From assembly GCA_000165425.1 (NCBI GenBank), contig CT868055.1, positions 1-64,000 of the forward strand: 64,000 nucleotides of DNA, given 5' to 3'. The translations under genes were made by a program, and so were the position numbers. Below the pieces are notes generated by a model. It saw nothing but the letters and a program-made list of their open reading frames with translations. It was not told the DNA's origin and did no database searches. This document shows positions 39,404-51,974 of the stretch, piece by piece. The stretch is from Paramecium tetraurelia. Its lineage: Eukaryota. How positions within the stretch are numbered: position 1 is the stretch's first letter; every line of letters begins with the position of its first letter.

Positions 39404-42400
39404 TCACTCCTTAAATTGATTGGATAGGAATTCTAACTTGCTTTTAATCTCTGAAAATTAAGGAGGTCTAAATACTAACTCATTATCCTTGTATTCAACG
39501 TAGGATGTCAGCAATTTGATTGCCACGTCCTTGCTCTTCATGATTAATTCTTAGTACTAAAAATTACAAGAGAATGCATTACTTATTACTTAGGGATTTC
39601 AATCATCTTTTTTTCAAAGTCTTCCAGATTCCAACAAATTAACATGAGTCGTTTCGATTTGTATTCGCCAGACAATACAATGAATTGCTGGTCGCTGCAA
39701 AGATTGTCAATGTAAAGAGAAGCCGAAGTTGATAATTGGCCATGTTGGTCTTTCCATTACTTAAGAGTTTATTTGTAATCTCTGAAATTGATTAATCGTT
39801 TCCTATTTCTGAATTGATGTTGTATAGGTCGTATTCCCTTTTCAAGAAATAGAATGCAATTTTAGTAATGGTGTCTTTGAATGTCCTTTTTGTCAATGGC
39901 AAGGAATATAAATTTATCTTTGACAATCAGAGTCCTTTTACTCAATTCATTGGCTATTACTTTCCTGTCCTTTTGATGGGTTAGCTGTTATGCATCTTCA
40001 CTTGACAATTCCCATTCAATATTAAAGGTGCCATCATTATCTCTATCCTTTTTATCCAGGGACATGGCAGCAACTTAAAAGAGGGACTCAAAATGATTTT
40101 CAACAGCATCAGCAGGGTCATCCTATATTTTGGTGACTCTTTTTTCTAGTACACTAATTTTCATTAAGAACTTCTGCTTTCCAAAATATACTATCTTTTT
40201 GGCTAATATGATTTGGCTATCAGGTTTGAATTTACTTTGAACTTGGTCTTGAACTTCTATTTTTCCAGTTTCCACTTAAATCAAAGAAGGATTAATCTTC
40301 TAGACATTAATTAGGACATTTCCTTATTTATCCACTTTAACAGCATCAATAATTGAGTCACTTATGGTTTTCATTGCTATCTTATCATCCTAATGCAAAT
40401 AAGGGTACAGTTTCTTAAAATCACTCAATTCAACCGAAATTTGGACAGTGTTCTACAATTCCTAAACAACCGATTTCTATTTGACTTGACCTGTATAAAC
40501 GACATTGTAAATGGTTTCAGAGTAAAATTCAGATTGAGTTTATTAATAGTGATTGACAATTTCATTCTTTTCAGCCCTTTAAATTTCTAATCTTAATCCA
40601 GGACTCTTACTATCGCTTATTTCCTTAGGTTATTCAATTTCTTAAACAGTTTTGAATTGATTGCTCTCAAACTAGAGCAAATCGTCTTTGATGAAAACTA
40701 GGTTGAGAATATACTCCGCTATCTTATTGGATCCAATATTGACCATCTCGGTGGAATCTAAGATGTGGATTCCTCTGTATCTATTGCGTTTGTTGTGGTA
40801 TGAAATCAGATCAACGGTGATTTGAGTTTCATATCCTTAGAGAAGTTTGTACATGTTAACAATATAGTACTCATCCTGGATTACTTTGAAACTCCTATTG
40901 AATTTCTTACCGATCTACCTCACAAGTGACTTATCCGTACATTAAACTTTGAGATTGTAGATCTGCATATCTTTTCTTGTTTTGTAATGCACTTAGAGTT
41001 TGGTGATAGCTTGAATCATACTGTAAAATTGAGTATCATTCTTTTTCTTCTATTAGATATCCTTCAATTCAGTAACTTTGAATTCATTTTCAAAAGAAAT
41101 TTCGAAGGGAGTCTCCACTCTAATGACACGAATGATATATTCAATTAGAGGTTTATACATCTACTCATAATAATTTTGCAGATGCACTCCTTTGTTTTCA
41201 ATCCACTTGTCTTTGACATTGGCAAACTCTTTTTGATCGAGTGTTTAATCAAGCAGATTCAAAAAGTAGACTTTCTTTACTTTAGTATCGACTATGTTAC
41301 CATTGCCATCAATTTCATTCAATTAATGAAATACAATCTTGATTTGATATTGAGTCAAGAAGAACATAATTTTTATATATTTATTGTCCTTCTGGATGTA
41401 ACGATGCATCAAAAAGATATTTTTCTCACTTCTCTTTCTGTACTGCATGTAATACTTAAATTGTGACTTTATTTTGAGGGCTCTCTGAATTCTGAGAGCA
41501 AATAAATCCTTGAATATTTTGCTTAGGGAGGGTTTGATCCTTAAGAAATCTGTTGAATGATTTTCATAGATAACTAAATTGTCATCCAGGTAGTTCATGA
41601 GGGGAGTCAAGATCTTGCAGATCTTTTGAGGAGGACTATTCTTAAACACCTTCATCAGTCGATTATTCTCAAAATCCCTTGCAGGTATTATGTGAGTCTT
41701 AAACATTTCTGGAAAGTCATCGTAATACACAGTGAATATTAATTATTGATCACTCAAATTAATCAAGTATTCGTGAATTCTATCCATGCATCTCTTTGAT
41801 CTCAACACTACTGCCTAATACTTATTCTCAATCAAATTCTCATACATAGACTTACTCTTATTCAAATTGATAAAGACATCCACCAAATTGTAGATCTCCC
41901 CTTCCACATTCTCCATATTGGGCTTACGATGCTGTCTTGCCTTCCATATCTCCTACTCTATCAACAATTATTCCTGGGCTCTGAAATCACTTACAAAATT
42001 CAATGCTCCATCATCTATTTGCAGATACTTAACAACACTCTGACTCAAATTCTACTTCAAGAACTCCATCTCCACTTCCCCGTTTAAAACACTGAGAATA
42101 TCAATATTGCATCCCAAACTCACATTCAATTCCGTCTTCCCTTCCACTTCCAATTGATTAGTCTACTTGTTGAATATGATTCTCACTAGAATTCTTTGTG
42201 AACTCACCACACAATACTCTTAAAACATTAAGATGCGAGATTCCTTCTCCTTCTGAATTCTTCTATTCTCTTCATCCTTGATTTGCTGTTCCTTCAATTT
42301 CCTCTCCTATTCCTCCTCTGCTTTCCTCTACTCCCTTTGATCATATTCATCTTTTCTCAATTACAAGAAATCCAAATTGTATTGTCCCTCTTCCAATCCT

Positions 42401-45276
42401 CCATATCCATAATCACTGATGTATTTGAACTCACGAACATAGTTAGAAATAGACTCCTAATCATAGCATTTAACATCAGTTTAATTCATCAGACCATTGT
42501 AGTAACCACGTCTCCAACTTGAATAATTACTTCTTATAAACAAAGTGGCCAAATACTGATTGCTTCTCTTCTTATTCTTCATCTACTTCGGCTTAACCTT
42601 CTCCAAGATATTGATATCAGTCTCAACATTCGAGTCTTGAATCCATGCTTTTCTCATATGCGAATTCCACAATTTTCTAGCCTGCAAGGTATCATCCTTC
42701 TTCTCTGAAGTTTTAGATTGATCATAATCCTATTCATTAAGTAACATCCCCTACACCTCCATCAGATTTCTCACATCAAATCTTAAAGATCCCTTAATCT
42801 ACAGCACTTTACCAATCGTCATCATTCTCTACCCGATCATTGTCAATTCACCAACAGACATCTCACTATACAATGGCTATTTGTATGGATGGATGTAATC
42901 AGAAGGGAACTTATGTTCCAAAGACCTAACATCTATACTAATCGATTATTCATTTGTGACCTAATCGACTATCAACGAGAAATTCATAAAGAATGCTCTG
43001 GCAGGAGACTCCCCAGACACAACTACTTTCTTTACTAGACTGGTGCATTTGACTTCATTCTTGTAAAACTAGAACTACCTTGTGTTCTTCTTGATCATGT
43101 ATTCCTTTTAACACAAGTGTTGTCTGATAGACTTTTGAATCACCCTCACACAACTCTCGATTTGAGAGAAGGAGAATTGCTTCTTCTTTTGTGTTGCCTC
43201 CATCTCTTTGTGAATCCAATACTACCCCTCTTCTGTGTAGGTTAGAGTGTCCCCCTGGATTTAGTAAATATCAAAGAAGTTCTCTCTGCATGGATATCCC
43301 AATTATTTAGTAATCAATGGACTGATTTTGAATTTATTCGTTATTTGCCATTTACGATCGTAGATCACCTTGCCAAATATCTCATCCTTATCATTGATAA
43401 AGACTTGACAATACCCTGACTTGAAACTCAGTCCAAACTACCCTTTGATGTGTCTTCTCCTATTCACTTTGAATCTCATCGTGTTTATTGCATTTCTTGC
43501 TTTAAATTAACTTTATAAGAATGTAATCAATTGCAAATGATTACCAATTTTGTGCATAACCTCCAGTTTTTATTTCTATTACTCCTAAATCACTTGGTAC
43601 ATGTCACTATAAGCAAAGTCTGTGAAACCTGCAATCTGCAAATTATTTTATTCATCCATATACACTAAATCCTCAAACTGTATCTTTGTCAAGTATTTCA
43701 CAACGTGAATTCTGTCCAGCTTCAAGTTATAAGAGTGCTCAGCGATCGAAATAAAGGATTGGCTGGTCTTGCAACAATATTGAATCACTTAAAGATGAGC
43801 TTGATTCGGCTCAATTTCAGCCTACAACGCATCCTAAAACTCGACTATACGAGCAAACATATAGAAGAAGTCCTTCTCGTTGATCTCAATTATGAAGGGT
43901 TTTAACAGTGCCCTATCACATTTCTTCTTGGCATATGCCTACAATTTAAACTAAAACTTCTACTCATTCCAAGTCAATTGGAACAAAAACAATTTATTTT
44001 AAATCTTATCAGAAACCTACTTAACATGGAATGTAATTAATCTCTTTCTGATTAGATTCTCTGATTTTTATGATTGATTTACAAACCTTTTGATTGCAAT
44101 ACACTTTCTAATGTGTCTTTGTATGAGAATTGCACTCAAAAATTATTTTTTAGGAAAAATCGTTCTTCTCTTGATGTCCAACAGTTGATACGCTATCTCT
44201 CTGAATTTTCTCTAAATCCTCAAACCTCTAAACCACTTCTGAATCTTCCTTATGAGTTCCTCCAATCTCTCCTAAAGTCTCCTTCGCTTTTCTTCCCTCC
44301 TCAAAATTTCTAATTTCTTTTAAGCTGCCTTCCTTCTCCAATGATTCTGTAATTTGACAATCGCTTGAATTGGATACACGATCTAATCCTTGGTTTTTTT
44401 GATTTCAAAAACTCTAGCTTCAAATTTCAATTGCAACTCACTCATCAGAAATTTGATCCTCAGTTCCTTTGATTTCTTCTCTTCAATCACTGATATTTGA
44501 TTGGTCTACGCGATCTATTAATCGTGGTTTTCCTCTTCGGAACTGCTCCAATCAAACTTTTCGTTCTTTTGCTCAGTCTTTTCTTCGACCACAGATTTCT
44601 CTTCCTTTTCCTCCTTGGGTTCATTGACTTTGTTTTTCTTGATCACGAAGGTTTTCTTTTTGGGCTGCTGTTATTGTGGTGATAGCAGTTATTGTTATAA
44701 TTTCTATTCATCCAATGCATCGCTCAATTATTTTATGGACTACTTTTGAGGGTTCCCTCTGAAATAGAACGTTTTCAATTTCGGTTCACTTTTTACAAAT
44801 GATAATGGTTTTGGCGATGCTAGCACTATTTTCCTAGGTGTTTTTTCTGTAACTTGCATCGTCTCTTATCCAGCCTTCTTATATGCCATCACTTAGTAGC
44901 GTTACACATCCTTGCTACTGTTAAAGTTTTTGTATACATGAGTAAAGTGTGTCTTGTAATGTCCTCTGCCCATTAGAGAATCAATATTGGAAGTTCGGAT
45001 TTCCCAGAGCTTTCCTGTAATCTCAAGGCGAAATTGCAAATCCTGTCCATTATACCCTTAAAATCAAAAAGGGGACTATCATAACCGTGTTAGACCTTCA
45101 TACGTTCGATATCTAAATAATGAAAATCAAATGATTAAACATTCTTTGAACTTCGACAAAGCAGGAATCACTTAAAGACCAGACAACAGTCGATCAGCTT
45201 CCTCATACAGTCTCTGATTGACTTGATCCGACTTTTTCAGAGTAGTGGCACTTGAAACTCTCAATAATCTACTCAT
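39404..45276 (-). CDS. Very large hypothetical protein (~1900 aa) with coiled coils and IQ-like motifs
   Basis: Coding-like open frame under code 6 in the segments translated. VRVIQKSIRQHL and ALRIQRALK are IQ-like. Not checked end to end. Confidence 0.65.
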
Positions 45277-45304
45277 ATTTTATATAAATATTTTATAAAT
45301 GTAA

Positions 45305-48293
45305 TCATGAAAATGGCATTTGATAACTTGCATTATACGGTGTGTTTGGATAATTTGGAGGTACTTGCTATTACTGCTAGAAAGGCATCTAACCAAAAGG
45401 ACCTTATTACTAGGACTATCCAAAAGGACCAGATTGAGGTTCTCCTTACGATCCAAACGGTCCTTATGGCTATCCAAATGGAACCTATTATTAAGGTTGA
45501 CCGAATGGAGTCTACGATTGCTATGGTTAACCATATGGGACCTGCGATTATTGTGGTTAACCAAATGGAACCTATGATTATGATTGTTGTGGCTAGCCAA
45601 ACGGTCCTGAAGATCCAAAAGGCCCAGCTTAGGTACCAGTCCTAGATTAATTGCCAGGTTGTTATTAATTGAAATTGGATTAGGGTTAGAATGGAATCTA
45701 GGAGGATTAAGCAAGTTGTGGCTAAAAGAGTCCTTGAGCTTGAATCGATTATTGGAAGCGACTGAGTGTTTGTTTAGCTTGGATATTAAATATAATGTCT
45801 TCTTGTTCTCTATTTTTAATTTTGATTTCATCTTATAGTTTTTTGGCTTCAATAAAATTAAGATCTCCTTCTCTCTCCCAAACATAGACAAGTATGGGAT
45901 GCTCATCTCCAAAACCAGCAACTGCAATCATGTGATAGCCTTAGTTCCAAGCCACGTCAGCTACTGGACCAATCACACTAAATTAAAATAAATCGGTGGG
46001 TAAGGTTTGTGTTAGATTACTCCAGAGATGGGGTTTACCATCTTCACTCCCTGATAGAACGTAATCTCCCTTTGGACTGGAGACACTTCGACAGGCTATT
46101 TTGACAGATTGAGACCCAAAGAAACGATTGTTGACTGTGCCATATATCACTTCATGATCATGAAACTTGCCATCTCCAGACTTAAAATCAACAATTCTAA
46201 GGCAGTTATCTCTAGTGTGAATTAAGAGATCTTGGCATTCTGGAGGCATCAATTATATTGAATTAATTGCATTCCCACTAATTTCTTGAATCACTATCAA
46301 ACTTAATCTCCTGGCTATATAACTACCACCAGAGAGATTGATGTCAAAAAAGTGAATATTTCCCAAGGAATCTCCAACATACAAACATTTGACACCATCA
46401 TACACTATGCAATTGGGATGTCTGTGATTGCCCAGATTATCAAATTGATCAAAGGAGATGCCATCATATGAAATAATTTCCTACTGAATGGGTTCATCAA
46501 TTATTTGTAATGATTGATTAGACTCAAATTGCCATATACGCATTCTGCTATCGAAACAACATGTGGCCACCACTGGCATCTTGTTATCCATCAAAAACAA
46601 ACCAGCATAAACAAAAGAGGGATGTTGGAGTTAACAGATTTACAGCAAGTCCGAATCTTCTTCATTCACTATATCTCCTGAATGTTGAGGTACACTCCAG
46701 ACTTTGGCTGTGTAATCACTTGACACCGTAATTAAATATTGTGAATTCGATGAGAATTGCAACTCATGAATGATATTCCTATGACCTTTATATGTTGCAA
46801 AATGTTAACCGGTCTCTACATCAAATAATTTTATTATAGTTTTTGAATTCCTATAAGTACATGCACAAGCCAAGTAATTCCCAAATTTATTGAAGGTCAG
46901 TCTATAGCATCCCAAAGGAGCACTGGCGAATTTATAAGCTATTTTATCTGGAATGTGATCTTCCTTATCTCCAAGGTAACGACGTCTTCTTAAATTGATC
47001 TTCTCTTAATCAGTGATCTCCTCCACTCTCTACTCAATCACCTTCTCCATCACCACAGAGTGTTTCACCTTCTCCTTTGCCTCTTCATCTCCTCTCTCCA
47101 CCTCAAATACACTGGTGCTTTGACTCTTCCCGTATATCTCGATGAATTAGGGCTTGGCTTCAGTTCCCAAATACACATTCAAAACTGCATCATACTCAAC
47201 TTTATCAAGCCAAAGGAAATCAAAATACACCAATGGAATTGATTCTCTTCTGCTGACTGATTTCAATTTACTCGTATCAAACAAATACTTGTACAACTGT
47301 ATCTTACTTATGCCCAAATGCAATCTGCATAACCCATTAGGTCTTGCATATCCCCAAGCAATTCTATAGAAGTTATCTGAATCCAAGAACTCACTATTGT
47401 GCTACTATAAATAAATAGGATGAAAATCTAGAAGTTCAAACAAAATTATCGTATCTGACTTATAGAACTCATCAGCTGGAATATTAATCAGTATTTCCTC
47501 ATTCCACTATGCTCTACTATTGGTTGCCATACGCATATCGCAGAAATTCGTAGAAAAAGCAGTTAGCAACTCTAACTCACATGTAACTCTCTCCCTCTCT
47601 CCATCCACGATGTTCGTTATGCAATTGCTTTCATAATTGTACACGGCATTCGTGAACTCTCTTGGTTAATTGTCCTCATTTTTTGGCTTATACAAATAGC
47701 ATCCATTTTTGATATTGATCACATGCATCCTTATGAATGGATGCTGAATGTTCGTATCCATCTGTAATTAGGATGTCCCAATTATCTTCACTACCACAGT
47801 CTACACTATCAGTGAAATATAATACTCTATCGGGTGTAATCTGGGCTTTATCTTTCTCACTCATTGAAAATGGGTTCACAATTTATTCATATTCTAGCTT
47901 ATTCAATAGATCCACGAAAGTGCGTCTAGGCGGATCGCAATGGAGCAGTCTATTGATTCTGGCTCCGATTCGGTCTCCCAAAGAGAAACAATTATAAATC
48001 AGATCATCATTCATAAAGTTGGTGTATGTCATTCCACTGTCATGATTGGGTGCAGGTTACAATTTCTATGATCGTAAATACTCAAACAATTACTTCTTCT
48101 TCATCCATTTCCTATGCTTCTTGCTGATCGAAATTTGAATTTGCAAAGTCAACCTTCTTCTCTGCTGGCTATGACAGTTGCTAATACCCTCCAAAAGGCA
48201 TTTCACCTTCTCCAACTCTCTTTTGCTATAAGGCTGAAATAATAATTGTCAAAATCTACGTGGCAATTATCTAGGAATATTTGAACGTGACAT
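45305..48293 (-). CDS. AHI1: Jouberin/AHI1-like (C2-like plus WD40) with PFGQ-repeat tail
   Basis: HPFIRMHVI, WNEEILIN, ILFELLDF, RIAWGY, then GCYRLTF..YLACAC, GHRNIIHEL, SSDYTAKVW, QHPSFVY. Confidence 0.82.
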
Positions 48294-49197
48294 AGTTATA
48301 AATATTAATTTTATTTATTTTATTATTCTCTCATTTTGCATTATACCCAACTATAATTTCATTTATTTTACTTAATTTGAATTTATATTAAATAATTATA
48401 TACATATATGAAGGAGGCTCATAGGGATTCTTGTAAATATCATTATTAAAACAATATATTATATGATAATTATGCTTATATATAGTAAACAACCATTGAC
48501 ATTAACATGTATTTTAATTCAATATGTATTTCATCCAAAATATTGTTCCTAATTTTTTAAGCTATTTACTATGTTCTAAGAATTCTTATTAAAATTACAT
48601 AATTAACACTCTTCCCCTCATGTTCATAAATTGCAAATTCAATTGAATCTAATATATAACTCTTTTATATAGCTTTGAAATAATATGCAATTTATATTGA
48701 ATTTTTATTATCATCAGTTATTCTGTCAAATTCAATTATTTATATACATAGACTATACCCGATAAATAATATCTATTGTATATAATAATTAATAGTTTAA
48801 AGAATATTGAGAATTAATCCATATTAAGTAAATTTCTTTAATTTGTTTAAAACTCAGCCTTTTAACCATCATATAACATCATAACTAAAATAGGCTTAAT
48901 TTATTAAAAACTGGTAATAATTGTATTATTTCTAAATTTTACTAAAATTAAAATTATTGCAATGAAATTATAATGTTTAAGAATAGAAGCAATTTAGAAT
49001 CGTAATAGCATTTCTTTTCAAGCAACTAGTATATTTCTAAATTTAGATACTAAATTTAGATAATTTATTATATTTAGTTCATAATACTTTTTGTTTAACT
49101 AATTTAACAATTGGAAGATTACAAGCACTTCTAAGTACATATATATGTATTAATGAAATTCTTTATGTTTTATTTAAATTATTTGTGAAAAATAATG

Positions 49198-50197
49198 TCA
49201 AACTAATCTGCCTGCATAGATTCCACCTTCAATTCCAACATGATTGGATCCTCTTAAGATTTTGAATAATCCATTTTCTCCCCATCCTTCATTCCAGGAG
49301 TTGACTACTAACCAATATGGAACGTTTTTCTCGACACCCCAACCAATAATTTTGACAGCATGTCCTCCCAAATTAGCTCCAGCGACATTTTGATATACTC
49401 CAGATTTGTAAGTCAAAAAGTCTTCATAGACGGTGAATGATGCCTAGAATGAAAGATGTTAATACTTCTACTGGACCGAATGTCATGATTTCGTTTTAGA
49501 TTTGCTCCACCTTTGATGAGACTGAATAAGAGTCAATGGATCTGATCTTGTCTGAGTCATAGTTTCTTCCAGATTGAGCAGTGCAGGACTTAACACAGGC
49601 GGGTGTTGGTTATGAATCTCCGCATGGTCCATACTTGCCATCATCAACATGATGATCACATGGAGGGAAGGTATATGGTCTACACCAGGAATTGTCACCG
49701 AAAAGATCACCTGTGACGAGTCCCTTGTTCTTGAAGTAGTTCCAAGCACCACTTGGGAATCCACCATTGCATCCCATTCCGCAAGTGATTCCACAGCAAG
49801 TTAACAAGTCTTCGGTTGAGATTCTGGTTTGCTTTCCAGTGGCAATGCACAATCTGTCACTCATGGCTTCAGCAGCTCCAAAGGCCCAACATGAGCCACA
49901 TGTAGATTAATCTCTGACCTCCTTGATGGATTCACAATTAGGCCATTGTTGTCTGGCGTCGAAACTCTCTGGGATTTCTAAATTCTCGAATTGAACTGTT
50001 GACTCTGGTAATTTCATAAAATCTGGTTCATCCAAGAATGTTCCCATCTGAGTTTTCAATGTGGCTTCATTGAATTATTCCCATCTCTAATTGTGTCCTG
50101 AAACCCAAGTTGATTGTTGAGAGTTGACAAAATCATAAAAAGTTTAAGATTGGAATCTCAAACCCAACGCTGACGTAATTAATGTAATGATAAACAT
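49198..50197 (-). CDS. CTSB: Cathepsin B
   Basis: [10 protein letters not shown], occluding loop [21 protein letters not shown]. Signal peptide and one intron. Confidence 0.96.
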
Positions 50198-50224
50198 TCA
50201 CTATTATTAATATTATTTTGTAGA

Positions 50225-50289
50225 ATAAATTGGGTGCGAACTTAAAAGGCACTTCATCTCATCACTAACATTAATTCTGCAGAAGGATC
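50225..50289 (-). ncRNA. Candidate U13/snR45-like box C snoRNA (box D not found)
   Basis: Minus strand reads GATCCTTCTGCAG (antisense to the conserved 18S 3' end), 11 nt, GTGATGA (box C), then a GTGC..GCAC stem. Confidence 0.4.
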
Positions 50290-50516
50290 CCTACAATTTG
50301 TAAGCACGACTAATTTCTGAATTATTTTATGATTTAATTATAGAAATGTGTTTAACTTGATAATCCAACTAATTAATCTCAAATTATTGGTGATATTCAG
50401 GATATGGTGATGAATTAAGGTGAAATTCAATGTCAACATAAGATGTAAGTAATTAGCTGGAGATCATTTATTAAATTTGCTTATTATATTATTAAATTAT
50501 ATTTGAGCACTGTAAA

Positions 50517-51827
50517 ATGTTCAGAGGTTGTCAATTTCTTCAATTACCTTACGGCTATTTTTCAAAAATTGATTAAAATTAAAGAGAAAAGAAATATAAA
50601 ATTAATCAAACAACGCACATTTGCGAAACAAAACTTCTGAAGGAAACCAAAAGCACTACGGAAATTGGTAAACAATTTGATAGCATCCTGAATCTCTACA
50701 AAATTTAATTTATTGTAATAAATACAGATGATTGTTAATTTGATAGATTGATTTTATAGACTCATATAAGGTTTTATTGTTAGAGCGATTCATATTTGTA
50801 ACTTGGATTGGCTGAGAAAATTTATGGTAAATGTTATAAAACTTTGTTTGATTCTGATAAAAATCCTAGATTTTTAATTTCTGAAGGGTTATTCACAATA
50901 AATCTTGTAAAGTAAGAGTACATCTTGGATGGAGAGGGGATCGAGTATTGTGGTAAGTCGGAATTTATTAAGAATTAAGGAGTGTTTATTTAGGGTGTAT
51001 TCTAAGAGCCAAGAAGGGAGAGGAAGGCAGCTTTCCAATCCTTAGAAGAAGATTTTTAACCAAGGAAGAGGTCTATCATTATAAGTGATGAAAGTAATGA
51101 GATAATCAGAAGTAAATCTTTTGATTATGATAATAAAATGCTTAAGGGAATTTAATAGGTCAATCAAATTCAAATCCAATACAACTAGTAACTACGGGAA
51201 CAGGATTTCAATATATTACTCAGAAATTCAAAGGAATGGTTGACTTCTAGTTTGCTGAATTCAGTTGTTGAATATTTTAATTGGAAGAGTGAAATAAAAG
51301 TAAATTAGTTGCCCCTGAAGGAGAGACTGAAAATACCGAGGGTCTTGTTCATCCCCAGTGATGTGACGACTTCGTTCGGAGAGTATGAGGACAAAACCAC
51401 TTACATGAAAAAAGCGAAGGGATTATTATAAACATAGTTGCTATACTACAAGGAACTCAATTATGAGATGAAGCAGGTTTATGCTAAGATAGGTTTTCCA
51501 GTCAATGTCAATAATGCTCATTGGGTGTTCCTATTGTTTGATTTAAGAAAAGAGTAGATACTGTTGTATGATTCTCTGTCATCTACGTCAATTAAGAAGT
51601 GCAGGCCAAGTGCGTTGACTAAGGCTATTGGGAGCTTTCTGAATTTGAATGTTGGGGAGTGCAAAATCGTGAACTATGTTAAGTAGAGGGATAGTTATTC
51701 TTGCGGATATTTTGTTTCTTCGTTTATGGAATTTGAATACAAATTGTAGTTTAAACAAAATTACAAGTATTGTTATGATTAAAATAAAATGAAAACCAAA
51801 ATTAGAAAGATATTGAAGTAAGCTTGA
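50517..51827 (+). CDS. Ulp1/SENP-type (C48) protease
   Basis: WLTSSLLN, FPVNVNNAHW, YDSL, QRDSYSCG: the H-D-Q-C catalytic residues are present. Confidence 0.88.
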
Positions 51828-51974
51828 TTGTTTGTATATTATATTTATTAATTGCTTGTTGTGAGTCTCCGCTATTCTCCAGGCATAGTAGTTAACAACA
51901 TTGTTTTAAAAATGATTGAACTATAAAAATGATATATTAAAATTAAAGTTTTAGTCCATTTATAAATTAGTTTG

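Noticed and set aside
48300..49190. Retained germline IES in a very AT-rich spacer
   Set aside because: TA-bounded TAYAG-like ends are common by chance at this AT content and no gene is interrupted. A germline versus somatic read comparison would be needed.
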